Of a stretch of 55,153 nucleotides of DNA, positions 36,437-45,605 are shown piece by piece. Source of the DNA: Patescibacteria group bacterium (GTDB taxonomy: Bacteria; Patescibacteriota; Minisyncoccia; Phycocordibacterales; JAKFXT01); contig JAKFXT010000019.1 of the NCBI GenBank assembly GCA_021731245.1, positions 1-55,153 of the forward strand. Reading direction: 5' to 3'. Under the pieces are notes generated by a model. The model did no database searches. It saw nothing but the letters and a program-made list of their open reading frames with translations, and was not told the origin of the DNA. A program made the translations under genes and the position numbers. Position 1 is the first letter of the stretch. Every line of letters begins with the position of its first letter.

Positions 36437-38269
36437 ATGAATAATAATTGGGGTAGTTGGAAAAAAAGAAAAAAGGCGGGGATGAGCCTAATGGAAATTA
36501 TTATTGGCGTTGCTGTTTTTCTTATTATCGCACTTTCTGTTTATCAAAGTTACGCTGGATTATTAAATTTAGTTAGAGTTTCTCGTGTAAAAATTACTGC
36601 AGCAAATTTAGCTAATGAGCAATTTGAAATAACTCGTAATTTACCATACACAGACGTTGGTGTGGTGGGGGGAGTTCCAAATGGAAAAATTCCCTCAACT
36701 CAAAATTTAACACGCGATGGAATTCCTTTTGTGGTTGAAGCTTTTGTTCGTAATACCGATGACCCTTTTGATGGAACGATAGGAGGCTCTCCAAATGACT
36801 TGTCTCCATCGGACTATAAACTTATTGAAATTAAAATTGATTGTCCGACTTGTAAAAATTTTACACCGCTAACTTTTGTGGGACGTGTTGCACCTAAAAA
36901 TTTGGAAGCGGCGTCCACTAACGGATCTTTATTTGTTCGTGTTTTCGATGCTAATGGCTTACCGGTGCCTCAAGCTGACGTACATATAGTCAATAATACA
37001 GTGAGTCCAGCGGTTAATTTAAATGAGGAAACAAATAATCAGGGAGTTTTCCAACTGATTGATGCTATTCCTGCCGTCGATACATATGACATTACTGTTA
37101 GTAAAACAGGATATTCAACCGAAGAGACGTATGCACCAGGGGGCGCGATTGTAGATGTTCCTAGTAAGGCGCATTCAACGGTAGTCCTTCAGAATGTAAC
37201 ACAAACAAGTTTTGCAATTGATAGGGTAAGTACTATTAATGTTGAAACACTGAGATCAAATTGTGCAGTTGTTCCAGATGTTGGATTTTCCATTGTAGGG
37301 GTAAAAACAATTGGAACTTTATCTGGCAATCCTGTCATTAAATACAGCTCCAATCAAACAACTAACGGTTCTGGAATTAGAACTATCTCAGATTTAGAGT
37401 GGGACACTTACAATATTTCTTTAAATGATGCGACATATGACCTTGCGGGCACAATTTCTCCATTGCCTGTCGCCCTTTCTCCTAATAGTAGTCAAAACGT
37501 AACTTTGATTGCTGCTAATAAAAATCCCAACTCCCTTTTGATTACTGTGAAAGACGCAGCGACAGGGCTTCCTGTGACCGATGCATCAGTGCAATTAATC
37601 GACGGGGGCGCATATGATGTCACAAAAGTTACTAACCAAGGTTTTCTTAATCAGACTGATTGGCAAGGAGGTGGAAGCCAAGATGATTTTGTAAACGATA
37701 ATACTAAATATTTCAGCAGTGATGGAAACGTTGAGGACAATAGTCCTTCTGGGGAATTAGGTTTAAAGCAGGTTTTCGGGCTTTATCAAACCCACGGTGA
37801 ATTAATTTCCTCAACTTTTGACACAGGCTCTCTAAGTAATTTTTACCAATTGCTCTGGGTTCCTAATAATCAACCTGTTGAAACAGGAAGTCCTAATGTT
37901 CGCTTCCAAATAGCGACAGCAACTACAAGTGATGCAGGGACAGTCTGGGATTTTAAGGGACCAGATGGAACAGCTTCAACTTACTTCACTACAGGTAATC
38001 AAAATATACATTCCTCACACAATGGAGACAGATATTTACGTTACAAATTAATAATGGATACGGCCGACAATACTTTTACTCCAAGTGTTGGTGATGTTTC
38101 CTTCACCTTTACATCTTCTTGTGTGCCACCTGGACAAGTTCTTTTCGACGGTCTTTCAAATGGCACCTATACGTACGCTGTTACTAAAACGGGGTATCAA
38201 ACTCATACAGCCAATGTTGATGTAAATAATAATTGGCAGAATCAAGATGTTATTTTCCAGCCTGAATAA
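36437..38269 (+). CDS. large minor pilin with beta-sandwich (carboxypeptidase-regulatory-like) repeats
   Basis: Class III signal KKAG|MSLMEII; repeated V.V.D..G.PV..A.V and Y...VSKTGY motifs. Confidence 0.8.
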   Translation: MNNNWGSWKKRKKAGMSLMEIIIGVAVFLIIALSVYQSYAGLLNLVRVSRVKITAANLANEQFEITRNLPYTDVGVVGGVPNGKIPSTQNLTRDGIPFVVEAFVRNTDDPFDGTIGGSPNDLSPSDYKLIEIKIDCPTCKNFTPLTFVGRVAPKNLEAASTNGSLFVRVFDANGLPVPQADVHIVNNTVSPAVNLNEETNNQGVFQLIDAIPAVDTYDITVSKTGYSTEETYAPGGAIVDVPSKAHSTVVLQNVTQTSFAIDRVSTINVETLRSNCAVVPDVGFSIVGVKTIGTLSGNPVIKYSSNQTTNGSGIRTISDLEWDTYNISLNDATYDLAGTISPLPVALSPNSSQNVTLIAANKNPNSLLITVKDAATGLPVTDASVQLIDGGAYDVTKVTNQGFLNQTDWQGGGSQDDFVNDNTKYFSSDGNVEDNSPSGELGLKQVFGLYQTHGELISSTFDTGSLSNFYQLLWVPNNQPVETGSPNVRFQIATATTSDAGTVWDFKGPDGTASTYFTTGNQNIHSSHNGDRYLRYKLIMDTADNTFTPSVGDVSFTFTSSCVPPGQVLFDGLSNGTYTYAVTKTGYQTHTANVDVNNNWQNQDVIFQPE

Positions 38270-38272
38270 AGT

Positions 38273-38902
38273 ATGCAGAAAAATATGAAAAATTTTTATA
38301 AAACCAACAAAGGAGCTACGATTACAGAAATTCTTGTAACCATTGCTGTTTTGGCACTAGTCATAAACGCCGTCGCCTCTTTTAGTGCTGATATTTTTCG
38401 TTTTTCTGGGACAATTTATAATTCTGTTCAAGCTCAGCAAGACGCTCGTAATGTTTTGCGTCAAATGGCTTTTGAACTTCGAACTACTTCTCCATCGAGC
38501 ACAGGGGCGTATGCTTTAGCTGAAGTTTCTGCGAATAGAATCCGCTTTTACAGTGATATTGATAATGATGGATTAAAGGAAGAGGTCATCTACTATTTAT
38601 CGGCTAATGGAAAAACTTTATATAAAAATGTAAGAAAGCCAACTGGTGCCCCGCTTCAATATGTAGGAAATTTCAGTACTTCAACTGTAGCAAGCGATAT
38701 TGTAAACGGGGCAACGCCAATATTTACTTATTATGACACTAATTACGATGGTACAACTGGCTCTCTTGCTCAACCAGTTAATATTTTGTCAGTTCGTCTT
38801 TTGAAAATAGAAATTATTATTGAAAGAGATCCAAATCGCGCTCCTGTACCAATAGTTGTTTCGACTCAAGTTTCATTACGTAATTTGAAAGATAACTTAT
38901 GA
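38273..38902 (+). CDS. minor pilin (PilW-like)
   Basis: NKG|ATITEILV prepilin signal; C-terminal VSLRN. Confidence 0.8.
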   Translation: MQKNMKNFYKTNKGATITEILVTIAVLALVINAVASFSADIFRFSGTIYNSVQAQQDARNVLRQMAFELRTTSPSSTGAYALAEVSANRIRFYSDIDNDGLKEEVIYYLSANGKTLYKNVRKPTGAPLQYVGNFSTSTVASDIVNGATPIFTYYDTNYDGTTGSLAQPVNILSVRLLKIEIIIERDPNRAPVPIVVSTQVSLRNLKDNL

Positions 38903-40401
38903 AGAATAATTTCCTTAAAAAACAAAAAGGAGTTGTTTTGGTTCAGGTTTTAGTTTTTGCAACTGTTTCCGTAATTATAATGACAGGGCTTGTTGGTTGG
39001 GCGGGAACGAACGTTAAAGCTTCACGTCTCGCTTTTTTTCGTGAACAGGCCTTTCAAATAGCAGAATCAGGCATTGAATATTATCGTTGGCATTTAGCGC
39101 ATGCTCAAAGTGATTTTCAAGACGGTACAGGTGCAGCTGGTCCTTACGTGCATAATTATTTAGATAAAGATGGAAATATTATAGGAACATTTACATTAGA
39201 GATTACACCTCCTCCTATTGGTTCAACCGTTGTAACAATTCGCTCCACTGGGGTTGTAAACGAATACCCAACCGTTAATAGAAAACTTGAGGTTAGAATG
39301 GCCATTCCTTCTTGGGCGCGCTATGCCGTTGCGGCGAATGCGGATATGCGTTTTGGAAGTGGAACTGAAGTTTTTGGACCACTCCACTCAAACGGAGGAA
39401 TTCGTTTTGATGGTTTGGCTCATAATATTATTTCAAGCAGTAGAACAAGTTACGATGATCCAGATCATAGTGGCGCTGTTGAGTTTGGAGTACACACCCA
39501 CACCGATCCATCGCCTCCGGCAAATCCTGCTCCACCGAATTCCCCAACTAATAATGCATTTAGAGCCAATGAAGCGCCCCCAACAAATCCCGTTCCTACG
39601 AGAAGCGATATTTTCCAAGCGGGGCGTCAATTTCCGGTTCCCGCGATTGATTTTTCTGGAATCACAACGGACTTAGCTTCTATAAGAACACAAGCACAGA
39701 CTGCATCAGGGTTTTATAGAGGAGGGTCCGGTGCTTTAGGTTATAGAGTTTTGCTTATGAATAATGATACTTTTAGCTTGTATAGAGTAAACACTTTGCG
39801 CGCAGCACCGAACAATTGTACTAACACGGCGAACCAAACAACTTGGGGGACATGGAGCATTGCGACAAGTGGTGGAGCCCAAACCCTTTTAGGGAATTAC
39901 CCAATCCCAGTTAATGGACTTATTTTTTTGGAAGATTCTCGCGTTTGGGTTGAAGGACAAATTAATACAGCCCGCGTCACTATTGCTGCCTCCCGTTTTA
40001 GCCCAGATCCTAATGTTCAATCTCAAATAACAGTTAATAATAATTTACTTTATACAAATTATGATGGGACTGACACAATTTCAATGATAGCGGAGAATAA
40101 TTTTAACGTCGGTTTATTTAGCTTAGATAATTTGCGAATTGATGGAGCTATTGTTGCTCAACTTGGACGTGTCGGTCGTTATTATTATGAAAATGATTGT
40201 TCTCCTAGTGACAATAGAAATACACTTACTTTGTATGGAATGATTGCAAGCTCTCTTCGTTATGGATTTGCTTATACAGACGGCTCTGGTTATGCAACTC
40301 GTAATATTACCTATGATGCCAATTTACTTTATTCACCACCGCCATCATTTCCACTGACATCTGACCAATACACCATAATTTCTTGGCAGGAGGTTAAATA
40401 A
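38899..40401 (+). CDS. PilX-like minor pilin
   Basis: QKG|VVLVQVL lacking E5, QAFQIAESGIEY and C-terminal ISWQE. Confidence 0.8.
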   Translation: MKNNFLKKQKGVVLVQVLVFATVSVIIMTGLVGWAGTNVKASRLAFFREQAFQIAESGIEYYRWHLAHAQSDFQDGTGAAGPYVHNYLDKDGNIIGTFTLEITPPPIGSTVVTIRSTGVVNEYPTVNRKLEVRMAIPSWARYAVAANADMRFGSGTEVFGPLHSNGGIRFDGLAHNIISSSRTSYDDPDHSGAVEFGVHTHTDPSPPANPAPPNSPTNNAFRANEAPPTNPVPTRSDIFQAGRQFPVPAIDFSGITTDLASIRTQAQTASGFYRGGSGALGYRVLLMNNDTFSLYRVNTLRAAPNNCTNTANQTTWGTWSIATSGGAQTLLGNYPIPVNGLIFLEDSRVWVEGQINTARVTIAASRFSPDPNVQSQITVNNNLLYTNYDGTDTISMIAENNFNVGLFSLDNLRIDGAIVAQLGRVGRYYYENDCSPSDNRNTLTLYGMIASSLRYGFAYTDGSGYATRNITYDANLLYSPPPSFPLTSDQYTIISWQEVK

Positions 40402-40476
40402 TATTAGGTATTGGTTAGTAGATCAAAATAAAAATCCCGCGTGCACGAAGCACGCGGGGGCATGGTGGAAACTTCT

Positions 40477-40848
40477 TCAACAGTCAGCGTAGGCGACGGG
40501 TCCTGCTTGGCAGGCAATTTGGAAATCCACGAGCTCCAGCTGGTTCTTCTTGTCGCCACCGACGATACCGCCGCAGCAGTTAACGAAGGTGAGATTGAGG
40601 CCGTGGCAGACATGTTCCTGCACGAGCGGCCGTACGGCATCCGATGCGTGGATACGAATGAGTTGCTTGCCGAGCTTGGAGTTGGGGTCTTCCGTCCATT
40701 GCACGGGCCTCCCAATCTCTTTCGCTTCGTGCGCTTTGCGATGAAGGTAGTCCACGGCCTCGGGACAGTCCTCACGCACTGCTGCAAGAAGTGCCACTAT
40801 ACCCATCTTGCCACCTGCAACATGCCTTTTTACCGAAGGAAACGACAT
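40477..40848 (-). CDS. hypothetical Cys/His-containing orphan protein, GC-rich
   Basis: AGGAG SD 7 nt before the ATG at 40848; downstream hairpin CCCGCGTGC/GCACGCGGG with T-run. Confidence 0.6.
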   Translation of the reverse strand: MSFPSVKRHVAGGKMGIVALLAAVREDCPEAVDYLHRKAHEAKEIGRPVQWTEDPNSKLGKQLIRIHASDAVRPLVQEHVCHGLNLTFVNCCGGIVGGDKKNQLELVDFQIACQAGPVAYADC

Positions 40849-40932
40849 GGATATTCTCCTGTAAGAACAATTCGCTGGCGATCTTACCAGCGTGCCCTCC
40901 GCCATATATTTCGGAGGGCACGCTAATAGCAT

Positions 40933-41610
40933 CTATTGCACGTATGCGAATATTTCTTTAGTCACTCGTTTCGTATCAGCTTCCATTCCATCTTTTTTAT
41001 TATTTACAGTTAAAAAGCGAACTCCTGCGATTTTAAGTTCATGCTTTATCTGTTCGGCTACACGCTTACTGTTGATAGTCGGCTCTACTACAATCACAGC
41101 CAAATCCACACTATTTAAAATTCCCGTAGCCACTGGGTCAGTGCCCGCTCGTTCATCTATTACTACGGCTTCATTTTCTTCAAGCTGTAATAGTGGTAAA
41201 TATGTTTTCAGCGGAGCCGCTAAAGAATGACTACAATGTTCACCAGAGCGGACGATTTCTGTATGGGGACCTGCAACCATAAGGAGTAAATTTTTTTCAT
41301 GTTCAGTTGTTACTTGGGAGGTAAATTCATCAGGAGGATTTAATTTGAAACCAACTCCTTTCTTCAGGGCGTGTTCTTTTGCTTCAAGAAAACCCGCTGA
41401 GTCAGATAAGCCAACATATCTTTTAATTAGATATGGATCAGACCCAAGAAACTTTGATGTAATATCCGCCCCCAAGTTAAAAGAGAAGTCCATATTATGG
41501 TCGGCGTCTATGGCAAGAACTCTATATCCTTTATTTTGTAAATATCTAACAGTCGCTGTTGCAAGCGTAGATTTGCCGCTACCTCCTTTTCCTAAGAATC
41601 CTATTATCAT
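40933..41610 (-). CDS. CooC/AcsF-like MinD-ParA family ATPase
   Basis: Deviant Walker A GKGGSGKST, LAIDAD, EHCSH at the CooC CxC position, VIDERAG and VVEPT. Confidence 0.75.
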   Translation of the reverse strand: MIIGFLGKGGSGKSTLATATVRYLQNKGYRVLAIDADHNMDFSFNLGADITSKFLGSDPYLIKRYVGLSDSAGFLEAKEHALKKGVGFKLNPPDEFTSQVTTEHEKNLLLMVAGPHTEIVRSGEHCSHSLAAPLKTYLPLLQLEENEAVVIDERAGTDPVATGILNSVDLAVIVVEPTINSKRVAEQIKHELKIAGVRFLTVNNKKDGMEADTKRVTKEIFAYVQ

Positions 41611-41674
41611 TTTTTATATATAGAATACAGCCCGTTTTGAAAGCATTAATAAAAAAACGGGATGGACTCTAATC

Positions 41675-41697
41675 TAAATGCGACTTTCTCGCATTTA
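41675..41697. promoter_or_regulatory. Fur/Zur-type operator
   Basis: Perfect 9-5-9 palindrome TAAATGCGA-CTTTC-TCGCATTTA between the divergent ATPase and fur-family genes. Confidence 0.7.
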
Positions 41698-41771
41698 TAA
41701 AAATAGCATAATACAAAAATTCTTGCAAACAGACAGTTGTAAATTATTAGAAACTCTCACATAATTAAAAT

Positions 41772-42203
41772 ATGTTTAAAGAGATTAATTTTTCAGAGCT
41801 TTTACGATCGAGAGGGCTTAAGGTGACTAAAGATCGACTTTTTTTGCTTTCTGTCATAAAAAAATCAAAAAAACCAATATCTATACCCACTTTAATTAAG
41901 AGTGCTAAAAAAATAGACAGGGCTACTATTTATCGCAACGTTAAAGTTTTGTTACAAAGAGGAGTATTACAAGAGGTTTCTTTAGGACACGCTCATGCTC
42001 ATGTAGAATTGGTGGAAAATACATACCATCACCATCATGTCATATGCGAAGGTTGCGGCAGTTTAAAGGATATCGAGGTTTCTAATTCTCTTGAATCTTT
42101 AATAAAAAAAGAAGCCAAAAAACATAAAGCTGAAATTAGACACACTTTAGATTTCTACACCAACTGCGTTAAATGTAAAATAAAAAATGAAATTCTTAAT
42201 TAA
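41772..42203 (+). CDS. Fur family transcriptional regulator (Zur-like)
   Basis: GLKVTKDR, DRATIYRN, HHHHVICEGCG and CVKC. Confidence 0.9.
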   Translation: MFKEINFSELLRSRGLKVTKDRLFLLSVIKKSKKPISIPTLIKSAKKIDRATIYRNVKVLLQRGVLQEVSLGHAHAHVELVENTYHHHHVICEGCGSLKDIEVSNSLESLIKKEAKKHKAEIRHTLDFYTNCVKCKIKNEILN

Positions 42204-43269
42204 AGTTGTTTTTCCACTTATTTTTTTATTCCCCCTTTTTTCAAGTGGGGCTGAATTGCATAGGGATATTACAGAAACACTCCGAGCTAAAGCAACTTTA
42301 ATTATAAGTGAAGAAATCGTAGAAATTCCGGGAACTGATACCAAGGGTGTATTGCAAGAAATTGAACTTAAGATTTTAGATGGTGAACGTAAGGGTGAAT
42401 TGATAAAAGCACAAAATGATTTTTTGAAACTTGAAATAGGAGATGTTGTTTTTGTAAACCACATAGAAACAATTGAAGGTATAAATCTTTATTCTGTTCT
42501 TGAGCCAGATAGGCGTCTAGGCTTATTAATTTTATTTATTATTTTTTCATCGATAGTAATTTATTTTGGTGGCAAAGAAGGTTTTCGTTCACTAATAACT
42601 TTGCTTCTAAGTATTTTGTTAATAGCTTATGTATTTTTGCCATCAATATTAAATAACTTAGCCTCACCCTTGCTTTTGAGTATGGTTTTTGGAATTTCGT
42701 TGTTAGCTTTTTCTATGTATGGAACTCACGGTTTTAATAAAAAAACTAGCATTGCATTTTTTGGTGCGACCATTTCAATATTAATAACAGGATTTTTAGC
42801 GGCTGTTTTGGTTCCCGCTTTAAATTTATCTGGCTTTTCAAGTGATGAAGCCGTTATTTTGAATTTTTCAGAACGCGGTGCAATCGACATGGCCGGACTT
42901 CTTTTGGGTGCAATTATTATAGGTGTAATTGGAGTTTTGGATGATGTAACAATAACTCAATCCTCGGCTGTTTTTGAATTAAAAGATGCCAATAATAATT
43001 TGAGTATGAAGGAGCTTTATAAAAGGGGTACTCAAATAGGTAAAGATCACGTTGGAGCTTTAATAAATACTTTAGCTTTGGCCTACATAGGAGTTGCTTT
43101 ACCACTTTTGTTATTATTTTCTCTATCAGAAACATCTGCTTTTATCCTTGTAAATAGAGAGATTTTTGCAACAGAAATTGTCCGTATGTTAATAGGTAGT
43201 ATCGGCCTTACTTTAGCTGTTCCAATAACGACCTTTCTAGCCGCTTTAATTGCTACCAAACGCTCGTGA
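42187..43269 (+). CDS. YibE/F family membrane protein
   Basis: IIIGVIGVLDDVTITQ, GKDHVGALINTLALAYIG and EIVRMLIGSIG. Confidence 0.9.
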   Translation: MKFLIKVVFPLIFLFPLFSSGAELHRDITETLRAKATLIISEEIVEIPGTDTKGVLQEIELKILDGERKGELIKAQNDFLKLEIGDVVFVNHIETIEGINLYSVLEPDRRLGLLILFIIFSSIVIYFGGKEGFRSLITLLLSILLIAYVFLPSILNNLASPLLLSMVFGISLLAFSMYGTHGFNKKTSIAFFGATISILITGFLAAVLVPALNLSGFSSDEAVILNFSERGAIDMAGLLLGAIIIGVIGVLDDVTITQSSAVFELKDANNNLSMKELYKRGTQIGKDHVGALINTLALAYIGVALPLLLLFSLSETSAFILVNREIFATEIVRMLIGSIGLTLAVPITTFLAALIATKRS

Positions 43270-43282
43270 TACAATAATTCCT

Positions 43283-44041
43283 ATGTTTAAAAAGTTAATA
43301 GTTGCTAACTGGAAAATGAATCCAGAGACTCCCTTGCAGGCCAAAACAATTGCTAAAGGTGTGTTAAAAAAAATCCCAAGAGGAGTAGAAGTTGTTCTGT
43401 GTCCACCGAACATTTTCTGGAGTGACGTGGCAAAAGTGAAACGTCCTAGCAATGTGTTTTTAGGAACGCAGAATGTTTTTTTTGAAGACAAAGGAGCTTT
43501 TACTGGAGAGGTTTCGGCTTCTATGGCCAAGGAATCAGGTGCCACCTTTTCAATAATAGGGCATTCGGAGAGACGTGCTTTAGGAGAAAGTGATGAATTT
43601 ATATCAAAGAAAGTTTTAGCTGCAAAAAACGCAGAATTGATACCTATTATTTGCGTTGGAGAGAAAGAACATGACACACAAGGTCTATATTTAGATTTTT
43701 TGAAGAAACAAATAATCAGTGCCACTTCCTTACTTAGTAAGAGCGCAATAAAAGACATTGTAATTGCCTATGAACCTATTTGGGCTATAGGAAAAGACGC
43801 AAAGAACTCTATGAGTTCTTATGATATACATCAGACATCTCTTTTTATAAGAAAAGTTTTTATTGATTTGTATGGCCAATCTGGTAAAGGAGTGAGAGTT
43901 CTTTATGGTGGCTCTGTTGCTCCAGAAAATTGTGAGGAACTTGTAAAAAATGGAGAAGTAGATGGTTTACTTGTGGGACATCAAAGTTTGATTCCAGAGA
44001 ATTTTATAAAAATACTTACAGCCGTTTCTAAAATTAAATAA
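43283..44041 (+). CDS. tpiA: triosephosphate isomerase
   Basis: ANWKMN, GAFTGEVS, GHSERR, AYEPIWAIG and LYGGSV. Confidence 0.96.
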   Translation: MFKKLIVANWKMNPETPLQAKTIAKGVLKKIPRGVEVVLCPPNIFWSDVAKVKRPSNVFLGTQNVFFEDKGAFTGEVSASMAKESGATFSIIGHSERRALGESDEFISKKVLAAKNAELIPIICVGEKEHDTQGLYLDFLKKQIISATSLLSKSAIKDIVIAYEPIWAIGKDAKNSMSSYDIHQTSLFIRKVFIDLYGQSGKGVRVLYGGSVAPENCEELVKNGEVDGLLVGHQSLIPENFIKILTAVSKIK

Positions 44042-44053
44042 AAACAAAATTGA

Positions 44054-45166
44054 ATGAAAGTCGTCGATCAAATTGAAGACTGTGGAGGAAAAACAATTAT
44101 TCTTAGAGCCGATTTTAATGTTCCAGTTAAAGACGGAGCAGTTGTAGATGATAGAAGGATTACGGCCGAACTAGAAACTATAAATTTCCTTTTAGGAAAG
44201 GGGGCTAAATTAATATTAGTAAGTCATATTGAAAGTGAGGGAGAGGATACCCTTATTCCTGTTTTTAATATTCTTAAAAACAAATATAAAATTTATTTCG
44301 TAGAAGCTAATATTTCTAAAATAAAAGAAGCAAAAGAAAAATTACAAAACGGAGAAATAATTCTTGTAGAAAATATTCGCAATTTTAAAGGTGAAAAAGA
44401 AAATGACGAGAGTTTTTCCAAAGAATTCACAATGCTCGGGGATTTTTATGTGAATGAAGCCTTCCCTGTTTCTCATAGAGAACACGCCTCTGTTGTTGGT
44501 TTTCCAAAATTTTTACCATCGTTTATGGGGTTTCGGTTTAAAAAAGAAATTGAGGAACTCTCTCACGCCTTTAATCCACCCCACCCATTTATTTTCATTT
44601 TAGGGGGAGCAAAATTTGAAACTAAGGAACCCTTAATAGCAAAATTTCTAGAAATTGCGGATTATGTTTTTGTAGGTGGAGCTTTGGGTAATGATTTCTT
44701 TAAAGCTAAGGGTTATGAAATTGGGGGCTCTATTACTTCAAGCTCAGTACCACCAGAAAATATTTTAAATAATGAAAAAATAATAATTCCAATTGACGTT
44801 GTTGTTCGTGCTTCAGATGATAGGCACGTAGTAAGGGGGGCAGAGGAGATTTTACCCCAAGAAATAGTGTCAGATGCAGGTCCTAAAACTCTTGAAATAC
44901 TTCAAAAACACATTATGGAAGCTCGTACAGTATTGTGGAATGGACCTTTAGGTTTCTACGAAAAAGGTTTTGATGGCGGGACAAAAGAAATTGCAACAAC
45001 TATTGCTAAAAGCCGTGCTCGTTCAATTGTGGGAGGAGGGGATACAACGGCGGCGATTGAAAACTTAGGAGTTGCTGAAAGGTTCTCGTTTATTTCTACA
45101 GGAGGTGGCGCAATGCTTGAGTTTTTGGCCAAAGGCACGCTCCCAGGACTTGAGGCCCTTAAGTAA
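44054..45166 (+). CDS. pgk: phosphoglycerate kinase
   Basis: RADFNVP, LGGAK, WNGPLG, GGGDT and STGGGAMLEFL. Confidence 0.96.
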   Translation: MKVVDQIEDCGGKTIILRADFNVPVKDGAVVDDRRITAELETINFLLGKGAKLILVSHIESEGEDTLIPVFNILKNKYKIYFVEANISKIKEAKEKLQNGEIILVENIRNFKGEKENDESFSKEFTMLGDFYVNEAFPVSHREHASVVGFPKFLPSFMGFRFKKEIEELSHAFNPPHPFIFILGGAKFETKEPLIAKFLEIADYVFVGGALGNDFFKAKGYEIGGSITSSSVPPENILNNEKIIIPIDVVVRASDDRHVVRGAEEILPQEIVSDAGPKTLEILQKHIMEARTVLWNGPLGFYEKGFDGGTKEIATTIAKSRARSIVGGGDTTAAIENLGVAERFSFISTGGGAMLEFLAKGTLPGLEALK

Positions 45167-45169
45167 TTT

Positions 45170-45577
45170 CTAGAGTAATTTTTTTATTTTTTCTCCAGCT
45201 TTTGAGATTTCTTCTTTAGTAGGATTGGTTTTTTGCCAGTTAACAAATCCATCATTTTTGTATCTTGGAATTATGTGTACATGGGTGTGAAAAACCACTT
45301 GTCCGGAAGCAGCTTCATTATTCATGTGAACATTTACGCCATCAGCGTTAAGAGCTTCTTTTACTGCTTTAGCAACAAGTCTAGCGGTCTTTGCAACATC
45401 TTTGTAAGACTCTTCGCTTATTTCTAAAATATTTTTTGAATGAACCTTCGGAACAACCAAGGTGTGCCCGGGGTGCAATGGATTTATATCTAAGAAGGCG
45501 TACGTGTCTTCATCTTCGTATACACCTTCGCTAGAAATTTCTTTGGCTACAATTTTGCAAAATAAGCAATCATTCAT
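45170..45577 (-). CDS. HIT family nucleotide hydrolase
   Basis: CLFCKI, GHTLVVPK and HTHVHIIPR triad. Confidence 0.93.
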   Translation of the reverse strand: MNDCLFCKIVAKEISSEGVYEDEDTYAFLDINPLHPGHTLVVPKVHSKNILEISEESYKDVAKTARLVAKAVKEALNADGVNVHMNNEAASGQVVFHTHVHIIPRYKNDGFVNWQKTNPTKEEISKAGEKIKKLL

Positions 45578-45605
45578 AGAGAGTATACTATGTTAAAATT
45601 CACAA

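Noticed and set aside
40441-40926. Plus-strand 161-aa ORF and minus-strand 40404-40787 ORF
   Set aside because: Alternative frames; the SD and terminator orientation support minus-strand 40477-40848
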